The notes beneath the pieces are model-generated. The model had not been told where the DNA came from and made no database searches. It was given only the letters and a program-made list of their open reading frames with translations. Made by a program: the position numbers and the translations under genes. Shown piece after piece: positions 28,054 to 36,311 of a stretch of 64,000 nucleotides of DNA. Positions within the stretch are counted from its first letter, which is position 1, and each line of letters begins with the position of its first letter. The stretch lies in contig JAICXK010000001.1 of the NCBI GenBank assembly GCA_025980435.1, positions 4,686-68,685 on the forward strand. Direction: 5' to 3'. The DNA is from Bryobacteraceae bacterium (lineage in GTDB: Bacteria; Acidobacteriota; Terriglobia; Bryobacterales; Bryobacteraceae).

Positions 28054-28145
28054 TCAGAGTGGTTGGGTGGCAGTGCGAATTATGCCCGCCGCACATACGA
28101 ACCTGATTTTTGTTCTGGTGGATGGGAAACCAATTCGGGCGTCGC
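28054..28145 (+). repeat. copy B of the 92-bp direct repeat (orphan gene fragment in the intergenic region)
   Basis: Same sequence as 25325..25416 with 4 substitutions. It reads in frame as SGWVAVRIMPAAHTNLIFVLVDGKPIRASR but has unrelated flanks. It lies between the divergent TonB-receptor and DJ-1 genes. Confidence 0.9.
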
Positions 28146-28307
28146 GCATCTCCGCGCCCCGGCCGAATGTTCATGTGCCCAGAATCGCTTGCGCGGATCA
28201 CAAAGCTCTCGCCAAAGACAACCATCTTATTGCGCTTGCAAACTCTTCCGGATCGAACTCAACGACGTTGAACTTTTCTACTCCTCGATATCGTCCTTCC
28301 AAAGGAT

Positions 28308-29036
28308 ATGGATGAAAAAGGAAGGGGTTTTCAAATAGCAATTCTTCTTTACCCTGGCGTAACCGCGCTGGATGCGGTAGGACCGTGCGAAGTGCTGTCA
28401 CGCATGCCCAATACGGACGTGCGGTTTGTTGGAAAAGAGATAGGGCCAGTGATGACGGAGGGCGGCGCACTTCTACTAGGCGCCTCGCACACAGTAGCCG
28501 AGACTACATCGCCTGATTTGGTGCTTGTACCCGGAGGTACAACAACACCGGGCCAAATGGTAGACGACGACGTACTTGACTGGCTACGCACTGTACACGA
28601 GACGACCACCTGGACCGCCTCAGTCTGTACCGGCGCACTGATTTTGGGCGCAGCCGGCATCCTGAAGGGTTTGCCTGCCACGACGCACTGGTACAAGATG
28701 GGCGCCCTTAAGATTATGGGCGCCAAACCCCGGCCAGATGAGCGCATTGTGCGATCCGGTAAGATCATTACCGCGGCCGGTGTATCGGCAGGTATCGACC
28801 TGGCGCTTTGGCTGGCAGGTGAAATTTCTGGCCGCGCGCGAGCGGAAGCAATCCAGTTGGTCATCGAATACGACCCACATTCACCGTTCGACACGGGGCA
28901 TATGAGCAAAGCGTCCAAAGAGACGCAAAAGCTTGCTAAAGAAATGATGGACGATAGCATGCCTGACGACCAACGGCGCCTCATCCCGAAAATTGCCTGG
29001 AGGCGCTTCATCGATTTGATCCGCACGGGGAAATAG
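28308..29036 (+). CDS. DJ-1/PfpI family protein (class-I glutamine amidotransferase-like fold)
   Basis: 242 aa. IAILLYPGVTALDAVGPCEVL...LVLVPGG...SVCTGALILGAAGILKGLPATTHW, with the nucleophile-elbow Cys. Confidence 0.88.
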   Translation: MDEKGRGFQIAILLYPGVTALDAVGPCEVLSRMPNTDVRFVGKEIGPVMTEGGALLLGASHTVAETTSPDLVLVPGGTTTPGQMVDDDVLDWLRTVHETTTWTASVCTGALILGAAGILKGLPATTHWYKMGALKIMGAKPRPDERIVRSGKIITAAGVSAGIDLALWLAGEISGRARAEAIQLVIEYDPHSPFDTGHMSKASKETQKLAKEMMDDSMPDDQRRLIPKIAWRRFIDLIRTGK

Positions 29037-29521
29037 CCTCCAACTGACTATTTACGCCACGCCCCAGCGACCTGATCACTCTCAGATGTTGCGGTTAATC
29101 GTGATTAGCGACTTTGTATTTACGAATGAATTTCATTTGTACGTGTAATCGGCGCATTGGACGAATGGAATCGGACAAAGCGAATACATCATGCCGACTC
29201 GCGGGCGCCTGAGGATTCGCTGCGTTGCGCTCCGCAAACGGGAGAGTGGCCCGCGGTAGCTCCGGCGGCGATTCGGTAACCACACGCGACCATGTAAACT
29301 ATATATCGCCGCGATTCATTCTGCGGCAGATTAGCATCACGAGCGGCGCGAGGGTACTGACCCGAAGATCGCCCGGCAACCTGGCCAGTGAGTCAAGGTG
29401 CCAAAGTCAGCCTGAAGGGAACGATGCGGCAAACATATTGCAAAAGTAGCCACCCTGCTTTCAAAATTCCGACGGCCAGTATCGATCGTCTGCTGCTCAA
29501 GCTCAAAAAGGAGGAGCGGAC

Positions 29522-29983
29522 GTGAAAGCATTAAAGTGCCTGAAGAGATGGATACGGGGCCTAAGGATCGGGCGGGGTGGAGATTCCCTGTTTATCGCAA
29601 ATGTCCCGTACCAGATCGAGGCTAGGTGGGACGATAACTGGGCGCCGCGGCTTGCTGGATTTCCCCTCAACTTGCTCTACACGGGTATTCGAAAATACCG
29701 ATATGGCAGCCGGGTCGAGTCATGCTGCTACTGGCCTGATCTGGGCAGCTTTGCTGACGACGGCGAGCGGCGGTCGATGAATTACATCCCAAGAGTAAAG
29801 AGCGGGTATTGGGTCAGGGTCGAGTACGACAAGCAAAAAGGGTGGTGGCGAACCGCGAAATACAGCGAGAATAAGAACGTCGCCGTGACAATAGGAGGAC
29901 CTGAGTTCGATCACGCGATGATGCTCACTACGGTCATCGGTTTGCAACCGGACGAGCCGGTCGATGAAACGGAACGGGATTAG
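29522..29983 (+). CDS. hypothetical protein (orphan)
   Basis: 153-aa ORF with a GTG start 6 nt downstream of a strong SD (AAAAGGAGGAG). Trp/Tyr/Arg-rich, with no recognisable motif. It is preceded by about 485 bp without a convincing ORF. Confidence 0.5.
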   Translation: MKALKCLKRWIRGLRIGRGGDSLFIANVPYQIEARWDDNWAPRLAGFPLNLLYTGIRKYRYGSRVESCCYWPDLGSFADDGERRSMNYIPRVKSGYWVRVEYDKQKGWWRTAKYSENKNVAVTIGGPEFDHAMMLTTVIGLQPDEPVDETERD

Positions 29984-30300
29984 ACCGCGAAGCTTTTGCC
30001 GCAACTGCAGCTTCGCTTTGCATTCGGGTTGTGCCAGACAAACGAGCTTTCCATCAAGGAAGAGGTGAAATCAAGCGTCAAACCATCGAGAAATGGGTAG
30101 CTTTTCGGATCCACATAGACGCGAACATCATCAAACTCGAGGATTCGGTCAGTGGTTTTGGGCTTGGGATCCAGCCGGAAGAGATAGCTCATGCCTGAAC
30201 AGCCGCCTCCCTGTACGCCCAGCCGCAAACCGCCTTGGCAATCGTGTTTGGCGAGCAACTGCCTGATCCGTTCAACGGCCTTTTCCGTGATCTCAATCAT
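29980..30300 (-). CDS. sufA: A-type iron-sulfur cluster carrier (SufA/IscA/ErpA family)
   Basis: 106 aa. LRLGVQGGGCSGMSY and the C-terminal CSCGKSF motif (three conserved Cys). Divergent from sufB. Confidence 0.9.
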   Translation of the reverse strand: MIEITEKAVERIRQLLAKHDCQGGLRLGVQGGGCSGMSYLFRLDPKPKTTDRILEFDDVRVYVDPKSYPFLDGLTLDFTSSLMESSFVWHNPNAKRSCSCGKSFAV

Positions 30301-30319
30301 GCCTTTCCCTATTCAGTAT

Positions 30320-30333
30320 AGTCAATCTTGACT
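30320..30333. promoter_or_regulatory. palindrome AGTCAA-TC-TTGACT in the 72-bp sufA/sufB divergent region (candidate Rrf2 operator overlapping a -35-like TTGACT)
   Basis: The arms are exact reverse complements. An outer pair TTCAGT (30312..30317) / ACTGAA (30331..30336) is also complementary. TTGACT (30328..30333) plus a 17-bp spacer plus TAGCCT (30351..30356) could be the sufB promoter. Confidence 0.3.
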
Positions 30334-30372
30334 GAAAGGTACAGATTAGATAGCCTGAAAATAAGACGTTCC

Positions 30373-31821
30373 ATGGCTACACAACTTACCTCGATCGAGA
30401 CGCTCGCAAACCAGGAATACAAGTGGGGGTTCGTCACCGATATCGATGCCGATACCGTTCCTCCCGGCTTGAGCGAAGATGTCATTCGCCTGATTTCCGG
30501 TAAGAAGAACGAGCCGCCGTTCATGCTGGAATGGCGCCTGAAGGCCTACCGGCAGTGGCTCAAGATGAAAGAGCCTACCTGGGCCAACGTCCATTATCCA
30601 CCGATCGATTACCAGAAGATTATTTACTACGCCGCGCCGAAGACAAAAACGAATCAACCGAAGAGCCTCGATGAAGTGGATCCGGAGCTGCTCCGAACTT
30701 ACGAAAAGCTCGGAATTCCTCTTCACGAACGTGAACTGCTGGCCGGAGTGGCGGTCGATGCCGTGTTCGACAGCGTATCGGTCGCAACGACGTTCAAGGA
30801 AAAGCTGTCGGAGCTGGGCATTATCTTCTGCTCGTTTTCCGAGGCCGTTCAGCATCACCCGGAACTCGTTCAGAAATATCTCGGCACCGTGGTCCCTCAC
30901 TCGGATAATTTTTTTGCAGCGCTGAATGCGGCGGTGTTCAGCGACGGCTCATTCTGTTACATACCGAAAGGCGTCCGCTGCCCAATGGAGCTGTCCACTT
31001 ATTTCCGCATCAACGCGAAGGACACCGGCCAGTTTGAACGTACGCTGATCATTGCCGACGAAGGATCTCACGTCAGCTATCTGGAAGGCTGCACGGCGCC
31101 GATGCGCGACACCAACCAACTACATGCCGCCGTGGTGGAACTGGTCGCGTTGGATAACGCCACGGTGAAGTACTCAACCGTTCAAAACTGGTATCCGGGA
31201 GATAAGGAAGGCAAGGGCGGCATCTACAACTTCGTTACGAAGCGCGGAAAGTGCCTGGGCGCGAACTCAAAAATTTCCTGGACCCAAGTGGAGACCGGTT
31301 CGACCATCACGTGGAAGTATCCGGGTTGCCTGTTGATCGGCGAAAATTCCGTGGGCGAGTTCTATTCGGTTGCGCTAACCAACAATTACCAGCAGGCCGA
31401 CACCGGAACGAAGATGATTCACGCCGGCAAGAACACGCGCAGCACCATCGTTTCGAAGGGCATTTCGGCCGGTCACGGCCAAAATACGTATCGGGGCGCG
31501 GTCAAGATTCTGAAAGGCGCGACGGGCGCGCGCAATTATTCGCAGTGCGACTCCATGCTGCTGGGTGACAAATGCGGCGCGCACACGTTTCCGTACCTTG
31601 AAGTGAAGAACACGTCTTCGAGCGTGGAGCACGAAGCATCCACTTCCAAGATTGGGGAAGACCAGATTTTCTATTGCCGGCAGCGCGGCATTTCAACTGA
31701 GGATGCGGTCGGCATGATTGTGAACGGCTTCTGCAAAGAGGTGTTTCGCGAACTGCCGATGGAGTTCGCCGTCGAGGCGCAAAAGCTGCTGGGCGTGAGT
31801 CTGGAAGGAAGCGTCGGTTAA
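30373..31821 (+). CDS. sufB: Fe-S cluster assembly scaffold SufB
   Basis: Conserved throughout ([49 protein letters not shown]..., [14 protein letters not shown]). Start taken at ATG 30373 (MATQLTS...). The tracked TTG at 30328 lies inside the promoter palindrome. Confidence 0.95.
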   Translation: MATQLTSIETLANQEYKWGFVTDIDADTVPPGLSEDVIRLISGKKNEPPFMLEWRLKAYRQWLKMKEPTWANVHYPPIDYQKIIYYAAPKTKTNQPKSLDEVDPELLRTYEKLGIPLHERELLAGVAVDAVFDSVSVATTFKEKLSELGIIFCSFSEAVQHHPELVQKYLGTVVPHSDNFFAALNAAVFSDGSFCYIPKGVRCPMELSTYFRINAKDTGQFERTLIIADEGSHVSYLEGCTAPMRDTNQLHAAVVELVALDNATVKYSTVQNWYPGDKEGKGGIYNFVTKRGKCLGANSKISWTQVETGSTITWKYPGCLLIGENSVGEFYSVALTNNYQQADTGTKMIHAGKNTRSTIVSKGISAGHGQNTYRGAVKILKGATGARNYSQCDSMLLGDKCGAHTFPYLEVKNTSSSVEHEASTSKIGEDQIFYCRQRGISTEDAVGMIVNGFCKEVFRELPMEFAVEAQKLLGVSLEGSVG

Positions 31822-31853
31822 TCGTTGATTGGTTGTTAGTGGGAGAAGGAAGC

Positions 31854-32627
31854 TTGTTGAAAAATCCGATTCTTGAGATCAGGGACCTGCACGCAAAAGC
31901 AGGCGAAAAAGAGATTCTGAAGGGCATTAATTTAACGGTTTTTCCGGGCGAGGTGCATGCCATTATGGGGCCAAACGGTTCCGGCAAAAGCACCCTTGCG
32001 CAGGTGCTGGCCGGGCGTGATCTTTATAACGTCACCGGAGGCGAAGTTCTTTATGAAGGTCGGGACTTGCTTGCCCTCCAACCGGAGGATCGCGCGCAGG
32101 AGGGAATCTTTCTGGCGTTTCAGTATCCGGTTGAGATTCCGGGGGTGAGCAATCTGTATTTCCTCAAAGCAGCGCTGAATGCGATTCGAAAGAGGAAAGG
32201 CGAGCCGGAACTCGACGCCATGGACTTCCTTTCCCGTGTGCGTCAGAAGATGTCGCTGATGGAAATGGACGAGGCTTTACTCAACCGCGCGGTCAATGCC
32301 GGTTTTTCGGGCGGCGAAAAGAAGCGGAACGAGATTTTCCAGATGGCCGTGCTGGAACCGCGGCTGGCGCTGATGGATGAGACCGATTCCGGACTCGACA
32401 TCGATGCGCTCAAGATCGTTTCTCATGGCGTGAATGCGCTGCGCGGCCCGGATCGCGCGATTGTTGTCATCACCCACTACCAGCGGCTGCTGAACTATAT
32501 CGTTCCCGATTATGTGCACGTGCTGGCAGAGGGCCGCATCGTGAAATCAGGCGACAAATCGCTGGCCTTGGAACTCGAAGAGAGCGGCTATGCGGGAATT
32601 GAGGAGTTCGCGGAGACGGCGCAATGA
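31854..32627 (+). CDS. sufC: Fe-S cluster assembly ATPase SufC
   Basis: Walker A GPNGSGKST, signature FSGGEKKR, Walker B LALMDETDSGLD, H-loop ITHY. The start is ambiguous (TTG 31833, GTG 31839, TTG 31854 or 31857). The SD GGGAGAAGGA (31841..31850) favours 31854 or 31857. Confidence 0.93.
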   Translation: MLKNPILEIRDLHAKAGEKEILKGINLTVFPGEVHAIMGPNGSGKSTLAQVLAGRDLYNVTGGEVLYEGRDLLALQPEDRAQEGIFLAFQYPVEIPGVSNLYFLKAALNAIRKRKGEPELDAMDFLSRVRQKMSLMEMDEALLNRAVNAGFSGGEKKRNEIFQMAVLEPRLALMDETDSGLDIDALKIVSHGVNALRGPDRAIVVITHYQRLLNYIVPDYVHVLAEGRIVKSGDKSLALELEESGYAGIEEFAETAQ

Positions 32628-33763
32628 TCGCTACGATGGTCTCCGACTTCGCTGAGATTCGGAAACGGGCCGCGGAGCGCTTTGACGCGCGGGGTTTTCC
32701 TACAACACGGGACGAAGAATGGCGGTTCACCAGCGTTGCGCCGATTGCGAAAGCTCAATTTCCAGAGGCGGCGCCAAAGGTCAGCGGAGATAGTTTGCGC
32801 GCCGCCCTGGAGCAGGACCCCCAACTGGTTGAAGAACATCTGGGCCAGTACGCCAGCTACGAAGACAATCCCTTTGTGGCCCTGAATACGGCGCATTTCG
32901 AAGACGGCGCATTTGTGCACATTCCCGCAAATACCGTTGTGGAAAGGCCTCTGCGAATCGGCTTCACGGCGATTCCGGACCGGACCACTCACCCGCGCAA
33001 TCTAATCGTTGTAGGCGCCGGCAGCCAGGTTCAGATCATAGAAAAGTATACCGGCCGCGGTCCGTATTTCACCAACGCCGTTACCGAGATCGTGGTTGGC
33101 GAGAACGCGATTGTCGAGCATGTGAAACTGCAGGAAGAGAGCGCGGACGCATTCCACGTTGCAACCATTCAGGTGCATCAGGCGCGCAATTCGGTCTTCA
33201 AATCCCACAACATCTGCCTCGGCGGGCTGCTGGTGCGGAACGACGTGAACGCAGTTCTTTCCACTGGTTGCGAAGGAACATTGAACGGCCTCTATTTAGT
33301 TAATGGCAGGCAACATGTAGACAATCACACGGCACTCGACCATGCCGAGCCGCACGCTGCAAGCCACGAACTTTACAAAGGTATTCTCAACGGCGCCTCA
33401 AGCGCTGTATTCAACGGCAAGATTTTCGTGCGCAAGGATGCGCAAAAGACAGACGCCAAGCAGACGAACAAGAACCTGGTGCTATCCGAGAACGCGACGA
33501 TTAACACGAAGCCGGAGCTGCAAATTTTCGCCGACGATGTACGCTGCACGCACGGAGCAACCATCGGCCAGCTTGAGGAAGACGCGCTGTTCTATTTGCG
33601 CGCGCGGGGTATCGCGAAGGCGGATGCCCGCGACCTGTTGATTTACGCTTTTGCCCGCGATGTCATCGAGCGCATTGGGATTCCGGCGGTTCGGGAGCAC
33701 CTTGAAAAGGCGCTGTTCGAATCCCTCAGCCGTTCACGCGAATTTGCGGAGGCCGTTTCATGA
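32624..33763 (+). CDS. sufD: Fe-S cluster assembly protein SufD
   Basis: 379 aa. SufB/D C-terminal beta-helix signature (NGKIFVRKDAQKTDAKQTNKNLVLS...NTKPELQIFADDVRCTHGATIGQL). ATGA overlap with sufC. Confidence 0.9.
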   Translation: MIATMVSDFAEIRKRAAERFDARGFPTTRDEEWRFTSVAPIAKAQFPEAAPKVSGDSLRAALEQDPQLVEEHLGQYASYEDNPFVALNTAHFEDGAFVHIPANTVVERPLRIGFTAIPDRTTHPRNLIVVGAGSQVQIIEKYTGRGPYFTNAVTEIVVGENAIVEHVKLQEESADAFHVATIQVHQARNSVFKSHNICLGGLLVRNDVNAVLSTGCEGTLNGLYLVNGRQHVDNHTALDHAEPHAASHELYKGILNGASSAVFNGKIFVRKDAQKTDAKQTNKNLVLSENATINTKPELQIFADDVRCTHGATIGQLEEDALFYLRARGIAKADARDLLIYAFARDVIERIGIPAVREHLEKALFESLSRSREFAEAVS

Positions 33764-35013
33764 GCGCGCGGGCGGAGATGCTGCAAGGGTCCGCGGTATT
33801 GGATGTTGAGCGAATCCGCGAAGACTTCCCCATCCTGCGAGAGAAGATCCACGGAAAGCCGCTAGTGTATCTGGACAATGCAGCCACCACGCAAAAGCCG
33901 AAGGCTGTTATCGATTCGCTGGTGGATTACTACTCGCATTACAACGCGAACGTGCATCGCGCAGTGCACCTGTTGAGCACCCGCGCTACGGAAGCCTGCG
34001 ATCGCACGCGGGAAAAGGTTCGCCGCTTTATTAATGCCGCTTCGACGAATGAGGTTATCTTCGTACGCGGAGCAACCGAAGGCTTGAATCTGGTCGCACA
34101 GACCTACGGAAGGCAGAACATCAAAGCGGGCGACGAGATTCTGATCTCAGGCCTGGAGCACCATTCAAATATTGTTCCCTGGCAGATCCTCTGCGGCGAG
34201 AAACAGGCTCATCTGCGCGTCGTGCACATCGACGACCGTGGAGTTATCCCATTCGATCAATTCGAGAAGGCGCTGAGTGAGCGGACTCGCCTGGTAGCTG
34301 TGGCCCACGTTTCGAATGCGCTTGGGACCGTGAACCCATTGGGCCGAATGATTGAGCTGGCGCACCGGTGGAAGGTACCGGTGGTGGTGGACGGCGCGCA
34401 GGCTGTGCCGCACATGCCGGTTGACGTGCGCGCGCTGAATGCGGATTTCTACGCTTTTTCGGGACACAAGCTGTTCGGCCCAACGGGTATCGGCGTTCTG
34501 TACGGCAAGGAAAAGCTGCTCGATGCTATGCCGCCGTTCCAGGGCGGCGGCGACATGATACGTTCGGTCACCTTCGAAAAGACCGATTACAACGTTCTGC
34601 CGTATAAGTTCGAGGCCGGAACACCGGACATCGCCGGGATTGTCGGTCTGGGTGCAGCGATCGATTATGTCAATGGCATCGGCCTGGACGCCATTGAAGC
34701 ATACGAACACGAACTGCTGGAATACGGGACCGCGCGCCTCTCTCAATTGAGCGGAGTCCGTATCATCGGAACCGCTCCGCACAAGGCGAGTGTGCTCTCG
34801 TTTGTTGTGGATGGCGCACACCCGCACGACGTTGGGACGATTCTCGATCAAGAAGGCATCGCGGTGAGGACGGGACATCACTGCGCACAGCCGGTGATGG
34901 ATCGCTTCCAGATCGCCGCGACGACACGGGCGTCGCTGGCCTTATACAACACCGCTTCTGAAGTGGATGCTCTGGTGGCAGGGATTCGCAAAGTACAGGA
35001 GTTCTTTTCCTAG
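33760..35013 (+). CDS. sufS: cysteine desulfurase SufS (group II)
   Basis: 417 aa. YLDNAATTQKP, PLP-Lys motif FSGHKLFGPTGIGVLYG, catalytic-Cys loop RTGHHCAQP. Confidence 0.95.
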   Translation: MSARAEMLQGSAVLDVERIREDFPILREKIHGKPLVYLDNAATTQKPKAVIDSLVDYYSHYNANVHRAVHLLSTRATEACDRTREKVRRFINAASTNEVIFVRGATEGLNLVAQTYGRQNIKAGDEILISGLEHHSNIVPWQILCGEKQAHLRVVHIDDRGVIPFDQFEKALSERTRLVAVAHVSNALGTVNPLGRMIELAHRWKVPVVVDGAQAVPHMPVDVRALNADFYAFSGHKLFGPTGIGVLYGKEKLLDAMPPFQGGGDMIRSVTFEKTDYNVLPYKFEAGTPDIAGIVGLGAAIDYVNGIGLDAIEAYEHELLEYGTARLSQLSGVRIIGTAPHKASVLSFVVDGAHPHDVGTILDQEGIAVRTGHHCAQPVMDRFQIAATTRASLALYNTASEVDALVAGIRKVQEFFS

Positions 35014-35456
35014 TGTCTGACCTGCACGACCTTTATCAGGAAACGATCCTCGACCACAGCAAGCGGCCGCGGAACAAGTCCGCGCTCGCCGAGCCGACGC
35101 ATGGCGCCGAGGGTTACAACCCGCTTTGCGGCGATCGCCTTAATTTGCAGCTCAAGATCGAGAACGGCCATATCACGGGGATCGGTTTTCAGGGCTCGGG
35201 CTGCGCCATTTCGACTGCCTCCGCTTCGCTGATGACGGAGGCGATTAAGGGTAAGACGCCGGATGAGGTGGAAAGCGCGTTCCAGAAATTCCATGCCCTG
35301 TTAACAGAAGAGCGTCCGCCTGCGCCCGATCTGGGCAAGCTGGCGGTGTTTTCGGGTGTTCGCGAATACCCGATGCGCGTAAAATGCGCGACCCTGGCAT
35401 GGCACACGCTGCGCGCCGCCCTGCGCGGCGAAGGACAACCGATCTCGACGGAGTAA
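35013..35456 (+). CDS. sufU: SUF sulfur-transfer/scaffold protein SufU (IscU/NifU-like)
   Basis: 147 aa. NPLCGD, GSGCAIS and KCATLAWH Cys motifs. The GTG start shares 1 nt with the sufS stop. Confidence 0.9.
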   Translation: MSDLHDLYQETILDHSKRPRNKSALAEPTHGAEGYNPLCGDRLNLQLKIENGHITGIGFQGSGCAISTASASLMTEAIKGKTPDEVESAFQKFHALLTEERPPAPDLGKLAVFSGVREYPMRVKCATLAWHTLRAALRGEGQPISTE

Positions 35457-35458
35457 AC

Positions 35459-35806
35459 ATGGCTCAAGATCTGCGAACCCTGATAGTCGAGGCGCTCAAG
35501 ACGGTGTACGATCCGGAGATTCCGGTCAACATCTACGACCTGGGCCTCATCTACGATGTTCAGGCTGGTCCTGACGGAGAGGTGCTGGTTAAAATGACCC
35601 TGACCGCGCCGAATTGCCCTGTTGCGGGTATCCTGCCGGGACAGGTAAAGCAAAAAATCGAAAATATTGAAGGCGTTACATCCGCGACCGTGGATCTGGT
35701 TTTCGATCCGCCTTGGGATCGGGACAAGATGTCGACGGCTGCAAAGCTGGCCCTGGGTTTCGATCTGGGTTTCGAGACCGTGCCGCTTTCCAGGCTACAG
35801 CGATGA
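35459..35806 (+). CDS. DUF59/SufT-like Fe-S assembly protein
   Basis: 115 aa from ATG 35459. ALKTVYDPEIPVNIYDLGLIYDV...MTLTAPNCPVAG is the DUF59 (PaaD/SufT) signature. Confidence 0.85.
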   Translation: MAQDLRTLIVEALKTVYDPEIPVNIYDLGLIYDVQAGPDGEVLVKMTLTAPNCPVAGILPGQVKQKIENIEGVTSATVDLVFDPPWDRDKMSTAAKLALGFDLGFETVPLSRLQR

Positions 35807-36303
35807 AGCTGACTTCTCACGAGGAATATGGGCTCCGCTGCCTTCTGCAGGTAGCGCGTCAGGGTCTGGATGGAAATGCGACCATTGCTGAAATCAGCCG
35901 CAATGAAGGCATTTCCCTGCCGTATGTAGCGAAATTGATGCGAATGCTGCGGCTGGGCGGGCTGGTCAAGGCCGCGCGCGGCAAGGCAGGCGGTTATGCG
36001 CTGGCGCTTCCTCCCGAAAGAATTTGCGTCGGCGATGCGTTGACCATACTTGGGGGCCGCATGTATGGAGAGGACTTCTGCAACCGGCACTCCGGTACCG
36101 AGACCAGTTGCGCGCATTCAACCGACTGCTCCATCCGTTCTCTCTGGCGCGCGGTGCAGGTGGCCGTTGATGGAATCCTGCGTACCACGACCATTCGCGA
36201 CTTACTGCGCTCCGCCGACCATGGCCCTTTGGCGACACGCGCTTTGGATAGTGAATTTGTTTCCCTTCCCAGAAGACTTCCTGAACACGAACCTGTGCCA
36301 TAA
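35803..36303 (+). CDS. Rrf2 family transcriptional regulator with a three-Cys cluster motif
   Basis: 166 aa from ATG 35803 (ATGA overlap with the DUF59 gene). MKLTSHEEYGLRCLLQVAR...IAEISRNEGISLPYVAKLMRMLRLGGLVKAARGKAGGYAL. Then C-x9-C-x5-C (FCNRHSGTETSCAHSTDC). Confidence 0.85.
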   Translation: MKLTSHEEYGLRCLLQVARQGLDGNATIAEISRNEGISLPYVAKLMRMLRLGGLVKAARGKAGGYALALPPERICVGDALTILGGRMYGEDFCNRHSGTETSCAHSTDCSIRSLWRAVQVAVDGILRTTTIRDLLRSADHGPLATRALDSEFVSLPRRLPEHEPVP

Positions 36304-36311
36304 TCGCGTCC

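Noticed and set aside
28146-28307. Protein-like minus-strand peptide (…YRGVEKFNVVEFDPEEFASAIRW… / MVVFGESFVIRASDSGHMN…) next to repeat copy B
   Set aside because: It is split over two frames and partly antisense to the DJ-1 start. I could not match it to any family, so there is not enough evidence to call a second gene remnant.
28349-29026. 225-aa minus-strand ORF
   Set aside because: It is antisense to the DJ-1/PfpI gene and is Ser/Pro/Ala-rich without motifs.
23230-29983. Possible tRNA-Gln-linked genomic island
   Set aside because: I found no integrase, recombinase or transposase gene, and no second copy of the tRNA 3' end. Only the 92-bp repeat scar and an orphan ORF hint at accessory character.
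34165-34881. 238-aa minus-strand ORF
   Set aside because: It is antisense to sufS, whose PLP-Lys and catalytic Cys loops are intact.
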